A DNA stretch of 64,000 nt from Rhina ancylostomus. Taxonomy: Eukaryota. Location: positions 11,123,337 to 11,187,336 of the forward strand of contig JARFYF010000068.1 of the NCBI GenBank assembly GCA_030265395.1. Direction: 5' to 3'. The notes under the pieces were generated by a model. It worked only from the letters and a program-made list of their open reading frames with translations, ran no database searches and was not told the DNA's origin. A program made the translations under genes and the position numbers. The number at the start of each line of letters is the position of its first letter. Positions within the stretch are counted from its first letter, which is position 1. Shown here one piece after another: positions 10,804 to 24,100 of this stretch.

Positions 10804-12936
10804 TGGAGAGATTATTAGCTGTCGATGTTGATGATCATTGAATCAAACTCTGGAAAAGTAACAGTTTTGAAGCAATTAAATTCGCAACCAAACGCAAAAC
10901 ATGTATGGACAAAAGGAAAGATGTGAAGAGCATGACTAATTACAAAGGAAAGCAGAAGTCTGTTAAATAGGAAATTGGCATCACAATCTATCGGGAAGTA
11001 ATGGGAGGCAATGAAGGTTGAAATGTTTGGCTACAATCTATGTACATTTTCCTAAAGAAGAAAATTAAGGAAATTAATGCTGGAGTGAACCAAATGACCA
11101 ACACGACTGCAGTAAAACAGAGCAGAACATGAGCATCAACATCTGCTAAGTTGAAAACGCAACCGACACGCATTGTGATTGCATGCCGTTAAACGGCGAA
11201 GTAACAATACACAAGAGAGTCAAAGAATGAACTTCTGAAAAAAAAAGTTGGAAACATAAACATGAATTCAGAAATGTTCTGTAAGTTGTACGAGTCGTGG
11301 TGAGACTGATCAAAAACAACAAAAAAAGTAAATTTATGTGGGCAGAGGGTATGCTGACGTACCAAGTGAATACGCTGACACAGTATAAATTAAGATAGAA
11401 AGTGGACTGACATGGATGGAAAGTCAATCTAAACTGTGATTTTGCATGGGATAGACATTGTTAACGAGTCCGTACGAAAAAATCCAGCTTCTCGTAAAGT
11501 GAATAAATCACATTGTCTCGACAGGAGGCATTAGTTCTTACTTATGTTAGTGGGGGAGGAGATGGCAGAGGCCCTGGTCGTTCTCTTCGAAACATCTAGA
11601 GATTTAGGAATGGTGCCCATCGATTGGACATTTGTAAATGCACTTCAGTTGTTGCGAAAGGCAGGACAGCAGACTGGTGAGGTTAACCTTCAGGATGGAG
11701 GACGTTCTCATTTTTCTTTACAACGGCCGAAGGTCTGTTCAGCTTCTGGGCGTCTATGGTGACTTTCGGAGCTGTTCCTGAGTTCCATTCTCCAGTTATC
11801 CTTTCTCTCGGACGTGATCCTTAATACCTGCACCGTCGCACTCCAATACAACCCCCTTCTCATACTACTTACTTGCACTGGCCGGTTTACAGTGATAAAT
11901 TTGCCTTCCGCAAGTATTTTCCCCAATTCTGGGCTTCACACCTTTGAAGACTTTGAAGGATTCATGAATGCTTTGGAGAGAATACAGAACATAATTGCCA
12001 AATAGATTACAAGAATAAGGAAATTGAGTCATGTCATTGCCCGGAGAAAAAACATTTTTGTCCTCAAAACAGAAAATATGGAGAGCGAGTCTGCTGTAAA
12101 CATTCTGTGATTCTTGGAAACAATGTGTTAAAACTCTGTTATTTCCTAATTTCCGGTTATAAACACCCTTGCCCCACGGCCCCAAATCATCCTCTTTGAC
12201 CAAAGATTAACCAAACTACTCTCCTGTATTTGATATACGTGTAGAAGTTTTCACTTGCGATTTAAAATGTTAGTGACGGTTTTTCCCCGTCATCTACTTA
12301 CTTGATCTTGAAATACATTTTCGTCAATCTTTGCTGGTTTCTGAACTTTTCCCAATCTGCGGGCTACCGCAAATCTCGATAATATTATTTGTCATTTTGA
12401 AAAAAAATGCTACCTACTTATTTTACTTGGCCTCTTCTTGGAATGACTTTATTTCTCAAACGAAATGTTTATGTTGAGAATTTGAAAATAATTTATCAAA
12501 ATATAATATGCCACACTGTGTCTTGAAATTTTCAACAGTTTTCCCAATCCACATTAGCCGCATGTTTTCAACCCTTTGTAACATTCTTGTACTTTACCAT
12601 TGGGGTTTCAGACTTAGATTTCTGTCAAAAGAAAACGTAAAATTCTATCAGTTGATGACCATTCTTGCCCAAATCATCGTTGAACATGAGATCACTGACC
12701 ATGTCTTACTGTAAAATGTAATAGTTGGCTCCCTGATTTGTCTTGATATGCATTGTTGGAAATGACCTGTCGCGAATAGTCTATGTTGGGGATTGGGGTG
12801 GGGTGTTGTTGAGTAGCCTTTGGTGAAATGATATACTGTCTGCATCGCTTTTGAAGGGGATGCTGGACATAAACAACAACATATCATTCTACATAGGTTG
12901 AACAGTACCTCATATACAATTGTATTATTTTTTCAG

Positions 12937-13038
12937 AAGGAAATAAGTTGAAAGACAGGCACATATCACTGATTACTGTGTTTGTTCTGATATCTCTGGT
13001 CATCATCTTCGCAGTAATTATTTGGTGGAGAAAGAAAG
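12937..13038 (+). CDS. MHC class I-like gene copy 2, transmembrane exon (out of frame if the alpha3 +1 G is real)
   Basis: TTTCAG acceptor, (E)GNKLKDRHISLITVFVLISLVIIFAVIIWWRKK, GTGAG donor at 13039. Confidence 0.8.
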
Positions 13039-14334
13039 GTGAGGAAAATGAGTTAATTGTGATGTACTCCTATAACTAAAATTATTTCACTTGAAGAAAA
13101 TGGTCAATGTCAAGCAGTATAAAGATCAGATGCAGAGACCAGATGACTGAAATGCCCTGACCACTCTCTGTTGTCAACCAGCTGTTGTACAGTTTTTACA
13201 TGTATCTAACAATCAGACACTTGAAAACTATTCAAACGGATTTACTAATTTAAAATAATAAAATAATTATTAAACCACTACTACAATAAGTTCACTTGCA
13301 ACACATCTTTGAAAATAATTTACAGTGTCAATGAAAGCAGTGAAGCATGGTAATTACGCTCCCACTATTCAATCTCCATTGTTCGGAAAGGATAGATTTT
13401 AACAGTTAGAACTCGCTGATTCGGAGGTTGTTTGATGAAACTGAAACTTAGTGTGAGCATTGATGAAGATGCCAAGAGGTTTCTTATGGACCCACTCGGT
13501 GAGTGGGAAACAACATTACATGTTGGGCACACTATGGAAACAGGGCAGCACAGAGCCAGAGATCTGGGTTCAATCTTGACCTCGTGTGTTGTCGGTGTAA
13601 AATTTGTGCGTTTTCCTGTAATTACATGTGTTTCTTCTGGGCGATTTGGTTTCCTCTTGCATCGCAAAGAAGTAGGGCTTAGTGAAGTCAGTGGTCGCTG
13701 TAAATTACTAACATCTCTGAGGATCTATCGTGGTCCCAGCGCATAGATAAAACCGCAAAGGAGGCGAGCCAGCGTCTCTATTTTCTTGGAAGTTTAAGAC
13801 AATTCTGCATGTTATCGAAGGCTATGACAAACATCCGCAGATTTGCAGTTGAAAGTCTTCTGATTGGTTGCATTACAGCCTGGTATCAAAACTCCAATGA
13901 ACATTACTTATCCTGTTACATCACGGGTGCAGATCTCCACACCATCGAGGACATCTGCAAGAAGCAATGTCCCAGGAAGGCGACGTCGATCATCAGCGGC
14001 CCCACTATTTGTTTTCGATGTTGCTATCAGTCAGGAGATGCAGGAGCCTGAAAACCCACTCCTCAAAGTTTAACGGCAGCTTCTTCCCCACTGACATTAG
14101 GTTCTTAAACTGAAAAAAAACCTTAACACGACCTCGGACTGTATTGGGAATTTGTTAATGAGTATTTACATATAAGGAGGGCAATGCCAGTATGAGTCGG
14201 TTGTTTTGTATGATCTCAAAGAATGTTGCAACTTTGATAAGGAACGGGATATCAACACGATTGTGAGAACATCAATACGTCTGGGGCCAATTATAGAGAC
14301 GCCGCTTCCACGACACATTTTTGTTGGCATAGAT

Positions 14335-14640
14335 CTAAGATAAAATAAGATAAGATATATTTATTAGTCACATGTACATCGAAACACACAGTGAAATGCA
14401 TCTTTTGCGTAGAGTGCTCTGGGGGCATCCCGCAAGTGTCGCCATTATTCCGGGGCCAACATAGCACGCCCACAACTTCCTAAGCCGTACGTTTTTGGAG
14501 TGTGGGAGGAAACATTAGCACCTGGAGGAAACCCACACAGACACGGGGAGAACGTACGAACTCCTTACAGACAGTGGCCAGAATTGAACCCAGGTCACTG
14601 GAGCTGTAATAGCGTTACACTAACCACAACACTAACTGAG
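14335..14640 (-). mobile_element. Relatively intact tRNA-derived SINE
   Basis: GTGGGAGGAAAC...GGAGGAAACCCACAC...GAATTGAACCCAGG (B box on - strand) with an (ATAAG)n-type tail at ~14340-14356. Confidence 0.75.
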
Positions 14641-15950
14641 GACTATCCTGACGATAATGCGCCAAAGCATAGCGAACTTCAAATCAAAATTTTGTTAATC
14701 TGTGGATGACAGTCGTTCCTATTAGTCGTTTCAAGAAACACCTTGTAAGTAAGAATATAAAGAGACGCAAAAAAATATTTTTTGGCTCCCTATACATGGT
14801 CCTCCATTCAAGCTTGGCTGATGTTTTTAACCAGAGCCATACTGACCATAAATTCTTTCATGTAGTGAAACCTATTGATTCAAATGTGAATATACTCCGC
14901 CTCCACGATACTCGTCTATAGTGTATTCCAAAGATGTTTTTTTTTCTCTCTCGGTTAAGACGTTTGTTTGTGTCATAGTGCGTTATATAGAGACTGTGAC
15001 ATCTGGTTAAATCCAACCTGGCAGGGACAATTTCATCCTTGTGTCGAATCTGTCAAAGTCAACTTGAATTTGAAATGTTTCTGTGAGACTATCTCCCTTT
15101 TCTGTCGTGCCTAGAGTATAAAGTGAGAATTGGCAGGCCATCTCACTGTATTCAACAGCAAATATGTAACACACTGTAATTTCCATTGCATTACTGCACG
15201 GAAATAATATTACCAGTATAGATTTTTGTAGCAGTTGCCTAAATTCTGCAGAATAGCGCCATAGAAAATAATTTGTTATAAAGAATAGAAACACCTTTAA
15301 ATGTGAAAATTACCAGAATTCCTTTTAAATTTCTCACGGCACTGCGAAGTATTTTGTAATTACAGAATACAAGTAGGTCTCATTCGTATCCATCAACTAT
15401 TTAACTGAATGAAGTCTGGGCAACATGAACAGTTGTTGATGCAACTAAAGCTCTGGAAAAATACATTGCGTCCCATTTACTCTATAAAAATACAATGAGA
15501 AACAAGCTGTATTTTACTGCACTACTGCTCAGAGATGAGGTGTAAGCTTCCGAAATTGTACAAATTAAACCAATACAAGATGCGCAGGAAATATCTGTCG
15601 ACTTAGTTGCAGGATTATGGACCCAAGATTGTCCTATTTATTGCATGCATCAGGAAAAGAAATAGGGGTAAACTTGATATTTTGTGTTACTTACTGAAAT
15701 TATTTCAGCCCTGGTTGACAGCAATTCATGATGCAGCTGTCTCCTGCCAATATACCTCATAATCGTGTTCGTGGCAGTTTGACCCGGAAGCCGAATCATG
15801 TGATTTCGGCAGATAGAGATTTGGTTTGAGTATGCAATCTCCAATATTCCGGCATCTTGTTGCACCGACATCCGGGTGTTTCATTAGTTCGGGCTATAAG
15901 CCCTGAATCCGCAGTGCTTTTATCTTTGTCGATCCCGTTGAATTCATTAG

Positions 15951-16003
15951 GTTCAAGGGACAGTTTAATCTACTACTGTCGAACAAGTTAAAAAAAGAGA
16001 GAT
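15951..16003 (+). CDS. Candidate cytoplasmic-tail exon for MHC-like copy 2 (GSRDSLIYYCRTS*)
   Basis: TTCATTAG acceptor and GTAAGT donor; phase-1 entry matches the TM exon. No homology support. Confidence 0.25.
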
Positions 16004-17039
16004 GTAAGTTTACTTATAACATCCAGTAGTCCGGCAACCAAGCGAGTTCAGCACACCCACATTCCCAAGGATAACGAATTATAGGAGCTGTACTCTAATT
16101 AGAAGCAGTTTTACTTTATTATTTTCGTGTGATCATCTCGATATTTGTAGGTTTGAAATTTATGGGAGAAAGTCTCGCTAAGAATTGATGCTCACCTTTC
16201 ACCTGAGAGTGTGCGAGTTCACTGCTTAATATTCCACTACAAAATTTCAAAGGGTTGCACACTGTAGGATTTAGAATGTGAATTGCCGGGGGGCTTGGCT
16301 TTCAACATTCAGGGTTTCCTCCGCACAACACCATGTCACCCAGTACAGTTAGTTTTAGATGTCGGAGGCCCTGCCTTCACAGACTCGATGTGCCTTGCAT
16401 TTCCAGCTTCAAGAACAGAACAACGCAGTTTGTCTCCTTCCAACAGCAAAAGGGAATAACAACTCGCGTCATTCATAACATGCACAATTGTATTGGGTTT
16501 AATTGTCAAGTTTCATTGACTTTAAATCACTGAGCCTTGGCCAATGAAAGAAAAGGAATCCGTGACTTTGCCATTAGAAAGGGAGGAAACCAGATGTTTT
16601 GCAGTTAAAGTGGGAAAAAAATGGCATTATGCTAGGCCATTTTAATTCTGTGATTTACTCATTGTTATGATATTGTACAACCTTTAGGATTATTCTCTCA
16701 ATTAAAAAAAAGCATGGGATTTAACCTTTTAAAGTAATCAAGGCAGGGCAACAGCTGTTCTTAAACTATTTATTTGAGAAATATTAAACATGAAAATAAG
16801 ATTTATGCAACAGTGTCATATGGGATGAATGACTAGGAGAAGAAAATTTAAAAAATCTCTTCTTTCTGAGTCCATTGTTTCGTCATTTCTGCGTTGTCTA
16901 ATATTCGCTTTCATTCCTCAGAGTGAAACTGTCAAACTAACGGAAGAACTGGATCAGGAGATTCCGACAGGCTGCTGAGCAGGAACTGTAATGGATGAAA
17001 GTTGAAATGCAAAAAATGAAACATATGGAATGAGTTAAG

Positions 17040-17840
17040 TTTTTTTTAATGATTCTGTTCTTCACTTTCACAAATTAGCGGTATCATAGATTGATTTCCC
17101 TGAGGCCCGACCTCGACTTCTGTGTCAATTGCACATCGCCCTCGATATCCGCCTCTTAAGAAAAAATCCCATTCCCCTTTGAATATCTCCAACAATTTTG
17201 TCTCCTTTGGTGTAGAAACGTTGAGATTCTCTAACCTCTGCGTGAAGAAATTTATTTGCATCTGAGTCTTACATGACCATCTCCTTATCTTGCAATGATG
17301 TCCCCGCGTCATATCCCTCCCACGAGTTCAAACATTTAAACATATACCCTGTTATTACCTCCAGTAACTTTGCATGGTTCAATAAGATTAACCTTTTATT
17401 CTTAACAAATCGAAAGAATAGAGAGTCAACGTCCTTCGCCATTCATGGTGTGGTAACACTTTATTCCCGGAACTGTTTTTAGACTGCCTCCAATATCTGT
17501 GCATCCTTTCTTAACTACGTGGACCAAGACTGTTCACAGTACTTCTGATCTGCCTTTACGAATATACTGTACAATTGTTACAATAGTAATCTGTTTTTAA
17601 ACTCCATTCTCTTTGTAATAAAGGATAATGTGCTACTTGTGGTCTGATTTATGTGCTGTACGTACACGCTAACCTTTTTGTGATGCAAATTCTGAAAAAC
17701 AAGAATGCCATGACCTCCACTCATTTACAGTTCCTCTCTATTTAGATAATAGTCGGCATTTGCATTCTTCTTTCCAACGTCCAGAAGCTCACCTTCTTTT
17801 TCTGCATTAAACTCCATTTACCAAGTGTATGACCAGAAGA
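17040..17840 (-). mobile_element. CR1-type LINE 3' remnant
   Basis: Minus-strand translation includes TRGHHCKIR...NFFTQR, typical of the CR1 ORF2 C-terminus. Confidence 0.65.
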
Positions 17841-17964
17841 TGTGCCTAAACCATCTTCACATCCAAACCTGCCATATAACCATGCCCATTACATTTTATT
17901 TCAATTCCCTCAATCATGGTTTCATTGACACTTTCCGATTTTGCCAACTAGTGTAATGGAAAAA

Positions 17965-18420
17965 AAAGTGCACTAGAAGTATTCAGTGGGTTAGGCAGCA
18001 TCTGCCGAGGCAAAACGTATTAGTCGAGTTTGGAGCCGCATCCCTGCATCAGGACTGAGATGGAAGAGCAAAGATGGCCAAAGATAGCCGTATGAGGAAG
18101 GGATGTGTCGGAGGCTGGACGGCGACAGGTGGAACCAGATGCATACAGGGGGAAGGAAGGGAGAGGTGAACAACGGAAGAAGAAAATAGCTCCAACTGCC
18201 CATCATCCTCTCCCATCTGTTTCCACCTATCACCTACCAGTCTCTGCCCCATGTCTTCCTCGTGATGCAATACACTGCCAATATTTCCGCGTGCCTTTTA
18301 ATTCGGATTCAGGGTCTCGAATTTAATGTCGACTTACATATTGTGCCTCTATGGATGCTACTTGACAAGCTGAATTCTTTCGGTGTCCTGCTTTTTGTTT
18401 GTTTCTTTCAGATTTTAACA
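17965..18420. mobile_element. Penelope-like element remnant with inverted ends; paralog at ~25185-25640
   Basis: TCAGTGGGTTAGGCAGCATCTG at the left end and a degenerate inverted counterpart (GGATGCTACTTGACAAGCTGAATT) at the right end; CTGATG-type core on the - strand. Confidence 0.5.
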
Positions 18421-19338
18421 TCTTTGGTCAATCTTGCACTTATAACTACAGATGTTATTTTAACAAATCTCAGTCAGTTATGGACTCTGCACAAATAATG
18501 TTGCAATACAGGGCTTTGTTATTCGATAATGTCAAAAGGTCATGAATTTGTTGCGCATTATACGTTAATAATGGATAAAAATCCTCATCCACAAGAATAT
18601 TAAATTGTTCGATTGTACAGAAATTGATCTCACTTTCTTAGGCATTTCTGGTTATAGACGCATCTCCCAGAGATTCCACAGCGTTTTTATCTGTAATTGT
18701 GCGTTAGGATTAGACCATTGAGTGTCAGATGTTTGAAAATAAAGAAGTAAGGCATTAAATCTAGGTGAACACAATGAAGTGTACTTCATGTTATTAGTGG
18801 CTTGATTTCACTTTGTAAAGGCAAGATACATTATCATTTAATATGCGGACTCAAAAATAAATCGCTTTGATGTTTTAGACAATGCTGCCTCCTCTTCTTT
18901 TCAACAGCATCAATCAGAATTATCTTGATGCAATGTTAGTTTATATTATTTTGGAGCAGCAAATGAATAGGCATTCAAACACAGACAACGTTCAATGTAA
19001 ATATCAGCGTAGAAACAGTCCAGTCTACCTAACCGGTGTATGTCGTGCATTTTAACCACTTCCAATTGTCCTTCATCAAAGTCTATCAGAATAACTGGAT
19101 GATCACATGTATCTCATATTCTTGTTCAGACTTCGAGATAAATTATTTGTTTCCCCGTTGTAACAGGCTTTTACTGGTTTTCCTACCTAGATACAGTCTT
19201 GTCAACAAGCAGATTTGTAGTTGCATGACACAGAGACAGGCCTTGTGCCCAATTTGTCTATAACAACCAAGATTCTCATCTAAACTAATCCTATCTGACT
19301 GCGTTTGGTCCATATACCTGTAAGTATTACATTTTATC

Positions 19339-19744
19339 TGTCATGGTTCTGAGTTCTGGCCCTCAATTTGGCTCCATTACTGCCTTGTTGTCCAGCACAT
19401 GAATTCCATGCTGGACTGATTAGATAACAATACACATCTGAGCCCCATCAGGGGCCCAGCATAAGAATCTGTGTTTCTCTGGCACTAGTTGCCAGAGTAC
19501 TGGTCTACATTTAGGTATACGTTGGTTCCAGTTTCTTAGAGTAGGTTTACTCTAGAGAAGTCCTGTGTTCTCTATTCCTTTGCGAAGATCCAGTTCGTGT
19601 TGGGATTCCTCTTCTGATCTCCAAGGTAAGAATCCTTCCAGTTACTGCCTGCATTTGTCCTGAGGAAGTATCCTGACTCCAGTCTTGTCTTGGTGTGCCA
19701 CATTTGGGTTCTCTGTGACTTTTCTCTGGATCAACATTGTGACA
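19339..19744 (+). mobile_element. Complete 406-bp LTR (TGTCA...TGACA), probably Gypsy-type; no TSD
   Basis: Terminal inverted TGTCA/TGACA; seven family members in the window. The strand call is a convention. Confidence 0.85.
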
Positions 19745-19917
19745 ATTCTCTTCGATGTAGTTTAGAGCCTTTTGTTTCTTAAGTCCCCTTTTAATTATCA
19801 CGGAGGGCTGGTTTAATTCTCTCCCTCCGTAAGATAGCTTTCCATTGTCCCAGGGAACAAGCAACCAAACAAGGCAATCATTTTTGTCTGATAGTATTCT
19901 GGAGTTAATCTCAATGC

Positions 19918-20788
19918 TTACTTATTTATTAATAGAAAAATTGACGTGACTGGATATTTTACAGCATTCGTGCGCTGCTCGCTGAACTTGGACTGAGTCA
20001 CCGCATAAATAAATGTGCTGTGCAGAAACTTAAATTTAAGCATGATCCCGACACTTGAAAAGACAAGTTCAGACTCGTTGTAATCCTGTGGAGATATTCC
20101 TCTCATGGTACAAGACAAGACTTTCATTACATGCACCATCCACAAGAGGAAAAAGCTTCCGGACAGAGTGGAGAGCAATATCATAGACCTTCTCCTGCTC
20201 TCCATCTCTGGATAGCTGGAATGTCCTCGTTCTTCTCACCTATTAATCCGTTACGGACTCAACTGACCATTAAAATATGTCTAACTATCAGAGCGTTGAG
20301 CAGTAGGATTAAGGCCAATGAGAGCAACGGGAATAAAATCGAATCAAACCAGTCAAATCTTGCTCATCCAAGCTCAGTAAAATAACTAGCTTTAACACGC
20401 AGCCCACGGTACATTCTCGATTATGGCCCACTGTAAATTAGAAGGGAATATTTTTGGAACACAAGAGAACGCCGCTCTTTGTTAGAACCACAGCTTTCCG
20501 TCAGTACAATATTATGTTTTAACTTCTGACAACAAATAACATCAAAACAATCAAAGGTAAAACCAGACAGAACGGATTGTGGCAGCATGAAGTAAAGCGA
20601 AAGTAATACTGCACACAGGGGTCATGCTCAAGAAATTCGCTGGCAGATAATATAAACCGATCCTCACCGTATGACCGCAGTAATAATGGTCGAGAGCTCC
20701 GCCCCTGCCATGACCACCAGGCAGCGACTGGTGAAGCTGGATAGCCTGCACTCACCCAGGGACAAAATTGCACATGCTACTAAATTAA
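19918..20788 (-). pseudogene. GPR139/142-like GPCR A, decayed exon 2
   Basis: Acceptor TTTTTATAG, then VNLVACAILSLGECRLSSFTSRCLVVMAGAE; later ESRRRSMILLSTLSGSFFLLWMV...STFIYAVTQSKF...NAVKYP. Homologous to the intact paralogs but broken across frames; exon 1 not found. Confidence 0.85.
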
Positions 20789-20946
20789 CTATAAAAAAAG
20801 TTAGAGGACATGCTACATAGATTGTAAGCAGAACTTCGTCTACATCATTCAGTATTAGATTTATATTCGAATAAACATCTGACAAGGAACTGTGGCTGAA
20901 AATCACAATACCGTTCCCAGCGCAATTCCTGAACAAAAGAAAACAT

Positions 20947-21072
20947 TGTCATGGTTCTGAGTTCTGGCCCTCAATTTGGCTGCATTAATGCCTTTTTGTC
21001 CAGCACATGGATTCCATGCTGGACTGATTAGATAACAATACACACCTGAGGCCCATCAGGGGCCTAGCATAA
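20947..21072 (+). mobile_element. LTR copy running into an assembly gap
   Basis: Near-identical to 19339-19465. Confidence 0.85.
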
Positions 21073-21172
21073 NNNNNNNNNNNNNNNNNNNNNNNNNNNN
21101 NNNNNNNNNNNNNNNNNNNNNNNNNNNNNNNNNNNNNNNNNNNNNNNNNNNNNNNNNNNNNNNNNNNNNNNN

Positions 21173-24100
21173 TTCAGTGTCTTATTTGAATTTACATCTT
21201 AATATGGCTTGTATATGACCTTGTTTATTATTCATGGTTAAACAATATTAAAATAGATCGAGTAATTAATTTAATGAGTTTCGATGTTAAAGGACTAAAC
21301 CGTCCTGTAAAGCGAAACAAGATTTTTGCTTGTATTAAAAAGCTCAAAGTCTCAATTATTTTTGTGCAAGAAACTCACGCATGCAATTGTGATATTTTAC
21401 ATTTGTTCAGCCGATGGAGAGGGTTACAATACCATTCCTGGCTAAATCCAGAGGGGTTTCAATCTTTATAGATAATACTGTTTCATGTGTTCAACATAAG
21501 GTAATAACGGACACTAATGGTCATTTTGCTACAGTGTCAGGGAAGCTGGGCGAATTTTTGAAAGAGTTTTTGCACTTTTGCCAGATTTGAATCTTTACTT
21601 GCTGGTTCTAGGAGAAGATTTAAATTGTTGGTTCGATTGAAGGTTTGACAGGTCATCTACTAAACCAGCAGCTCTTAATAAACCAGCTTTATTTCTTCAA
21701 TCTTCTTTTAATGAAAACTGGCGTTACCGATGTCTTGCGTTTTTTTTTACATCCAGTGGACAGGAGATATTCTTTTTTTTTCTCATGTTCACCACACATA
21801 TTCCAGGATTGTTTTTTTTTATTGATCGTCAATCGACTTCATCAATCCGATCCTGTGAAAATAAAGAGGTTGCTCTTTCAGATCATGTTCCTGTGTTTTT
21901 ATCTTTCAACCTCCCCGGACTCCCTCAAGTAAATAGTTCCTGGCTTTTAAACGAACTTTGCTATCTGATAAAGATTTTCTTTAATTTTTTTTGAGAAACA
22001 AATCACTTTCTTTTTAAAAGAGAATATCCTGAGAGAGACTTATAATATTATTATATAGGATGCTTTTAATACCTATATTACAAGACAAATTATTTCTTAC
22101 GCGGCGAGCCTTAAAAATAACTAATGCAAAGAGGATTGATTTAGCCAATCAATTGAAACTTTTAGACCAAAAATATGCCTTGGATCCAGATCCCACTTTA
22201 TATAAAAGGCGAGTTGAAATTAAAACCAAATAAGATACCCTTTTAACATATCCAACTGAGAATCAACTCCGAAAAGATAAAACTCAATATTAAATCCGTG
22301 GAGATAAAACAGGTAAATTATTGGCTATTCAATTAAAAACCTCTATAGCTTGACGGCAAATCAAAGAAGTTCGCAAAGCTAATGGACAAAGGACAACAGA
22401 TGATTTAGAAATAAATGATACTTTTAGAGACTTCTATTCTAAACTTTATAGTTCTAATTCTCCTAAAGAAGATACTGTAATGAACAACTTCTTCGGCCAA
22501 TCAAATATTCCTACACTCTGTGCAGTTAACCGAAAACAATTAGATACAGTTATTACTCATAAGGAAATCACCGAGGTTATACGATCAAAGGAGTCTGGCA
22601 AGACACCGGGAACTGATGGGGATTTTTTAAACCTTTCTCTTCATTGTTTATACCTTATTTAAGTTCTGTTTCTTTTCAGATTCTTTTAAATTTGAAGGTT
22701 ACCACAATCCTTTTCTGAAGCTACCATTTCACTTATTCTTAAGAAGAACAAAACCCCAACGTAATGTTCTTCACATAGACCAATTTCTTTAATATATATT
22801 GGTATTAAAATTTTACCTAAAGTTTTGGATCGTAGATTAGAAAATATTTCACCACTAATTATAGCCGATGATCAGACGGGGTTTATCAAAAACCGTTATT
22901 GAATAATATTTATTCTACTTCTAACGAAATATCGGAATGTGTGATCTATCCAGATGCTGAGACGGCCTTTGACCGAATCGAATGGAGTTACCTACTTAAA
23001 ACTTTAAAGAAATGTAACTTTCGGCCCAAATTTACTCAATGGATTAAATTTATTTATCTCTTTCTGCCCGTGTTCTTACTAATTTTCACGTTCTGAACCT
23101 TTTAAACTTCAACTTGGAACGAGACAGGGATGTCCTTTGAGCCCTCTGCTATTTCAACTCGTACTAGAATATTTAGCTATTGCTTTTCGAGAATCTACAA
23201 AGATTGCCTGCATCTCTAGAGGAGGTACCTTCCATAAAGTTTCACTGTATGCTGATGATTTACTGCTCTTCTTTTCTAATACTGAAACTTTGTTACCTTC
23301 TATGCTTTCTTCCCGTTTTAGCCAATTTTCAGGATATAAATTGAATTTACATAAGAGCGAACTTTTCCCTTTGAACAATCTAATACCATTCAATATTAAT
23401 CTTCCTTTTAAAACTGTAAGAAATCATTTTAACATTTGGGTGCTACTATTACTAAGAATTATAAACATTTATTTAAAGATGACTTTCTCTGCCTTATTGA
23501 ATTATGTGAAAAGGATCTTACCAAAATGGTCACCCCTCACTATATCGCCGATTGGTCGCATTAATTCTCATAAAATGAATAACCTAAATTTATATATCTA
23601 TTTCAGGCTTTACTGGTTTTAATTCCTAAGTTTTTTTTTTCCTTTGAGTCAACTATCTCTTCATACATATGGGAAAATAAACATCCTCGGTTAAATAAAG
23701 TTCATTTTAATAATGCTATAAATAATGCAAGGTTTGCTTTACCCAACTTTAGGTTTTATTGCTGTCCAGTCAATATACAAAATCTTACTTTTTGGTTACA
23801 TTATATTAATCACAAAGCCTTCCCAGTATGGGTCTCTTTGGAAGTTAATTATGTCGAAAAATTATCTATTATTTCTCTGCCTGGCTCTTCACTTAGTTTA
23901 TCAGTAAATAAATTAACTGATAATTTGATAGTTAAAAATGCTTCGAGGATTTGGTTACAATTTAGAAAATGCTGTCGTTTATTGAAATTTTCTTTGTCTA
24001 GTCCAATTTTTGCTATTTTTTTCCTTTAAACTTTCCATAAGTGATATAACTTTTAAAGAATGTGGTAGAATGGGTATTACTCGTTTTCAGAATCTGTTTG

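Larger units (their letters stand above)
6990..13990 (+). repeat. Tandem duplication unit 2 (MHC class I-like cassette)
   Basis: Colinear with 100-6803. Confidence 0.9.
16140..19335 (+). repeat. Local segmental duplication, copy A
   Basis: 16140-16660 matches 24378-24875 and 17800-19330 matches 25010-26570. Confidence 0.85.
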
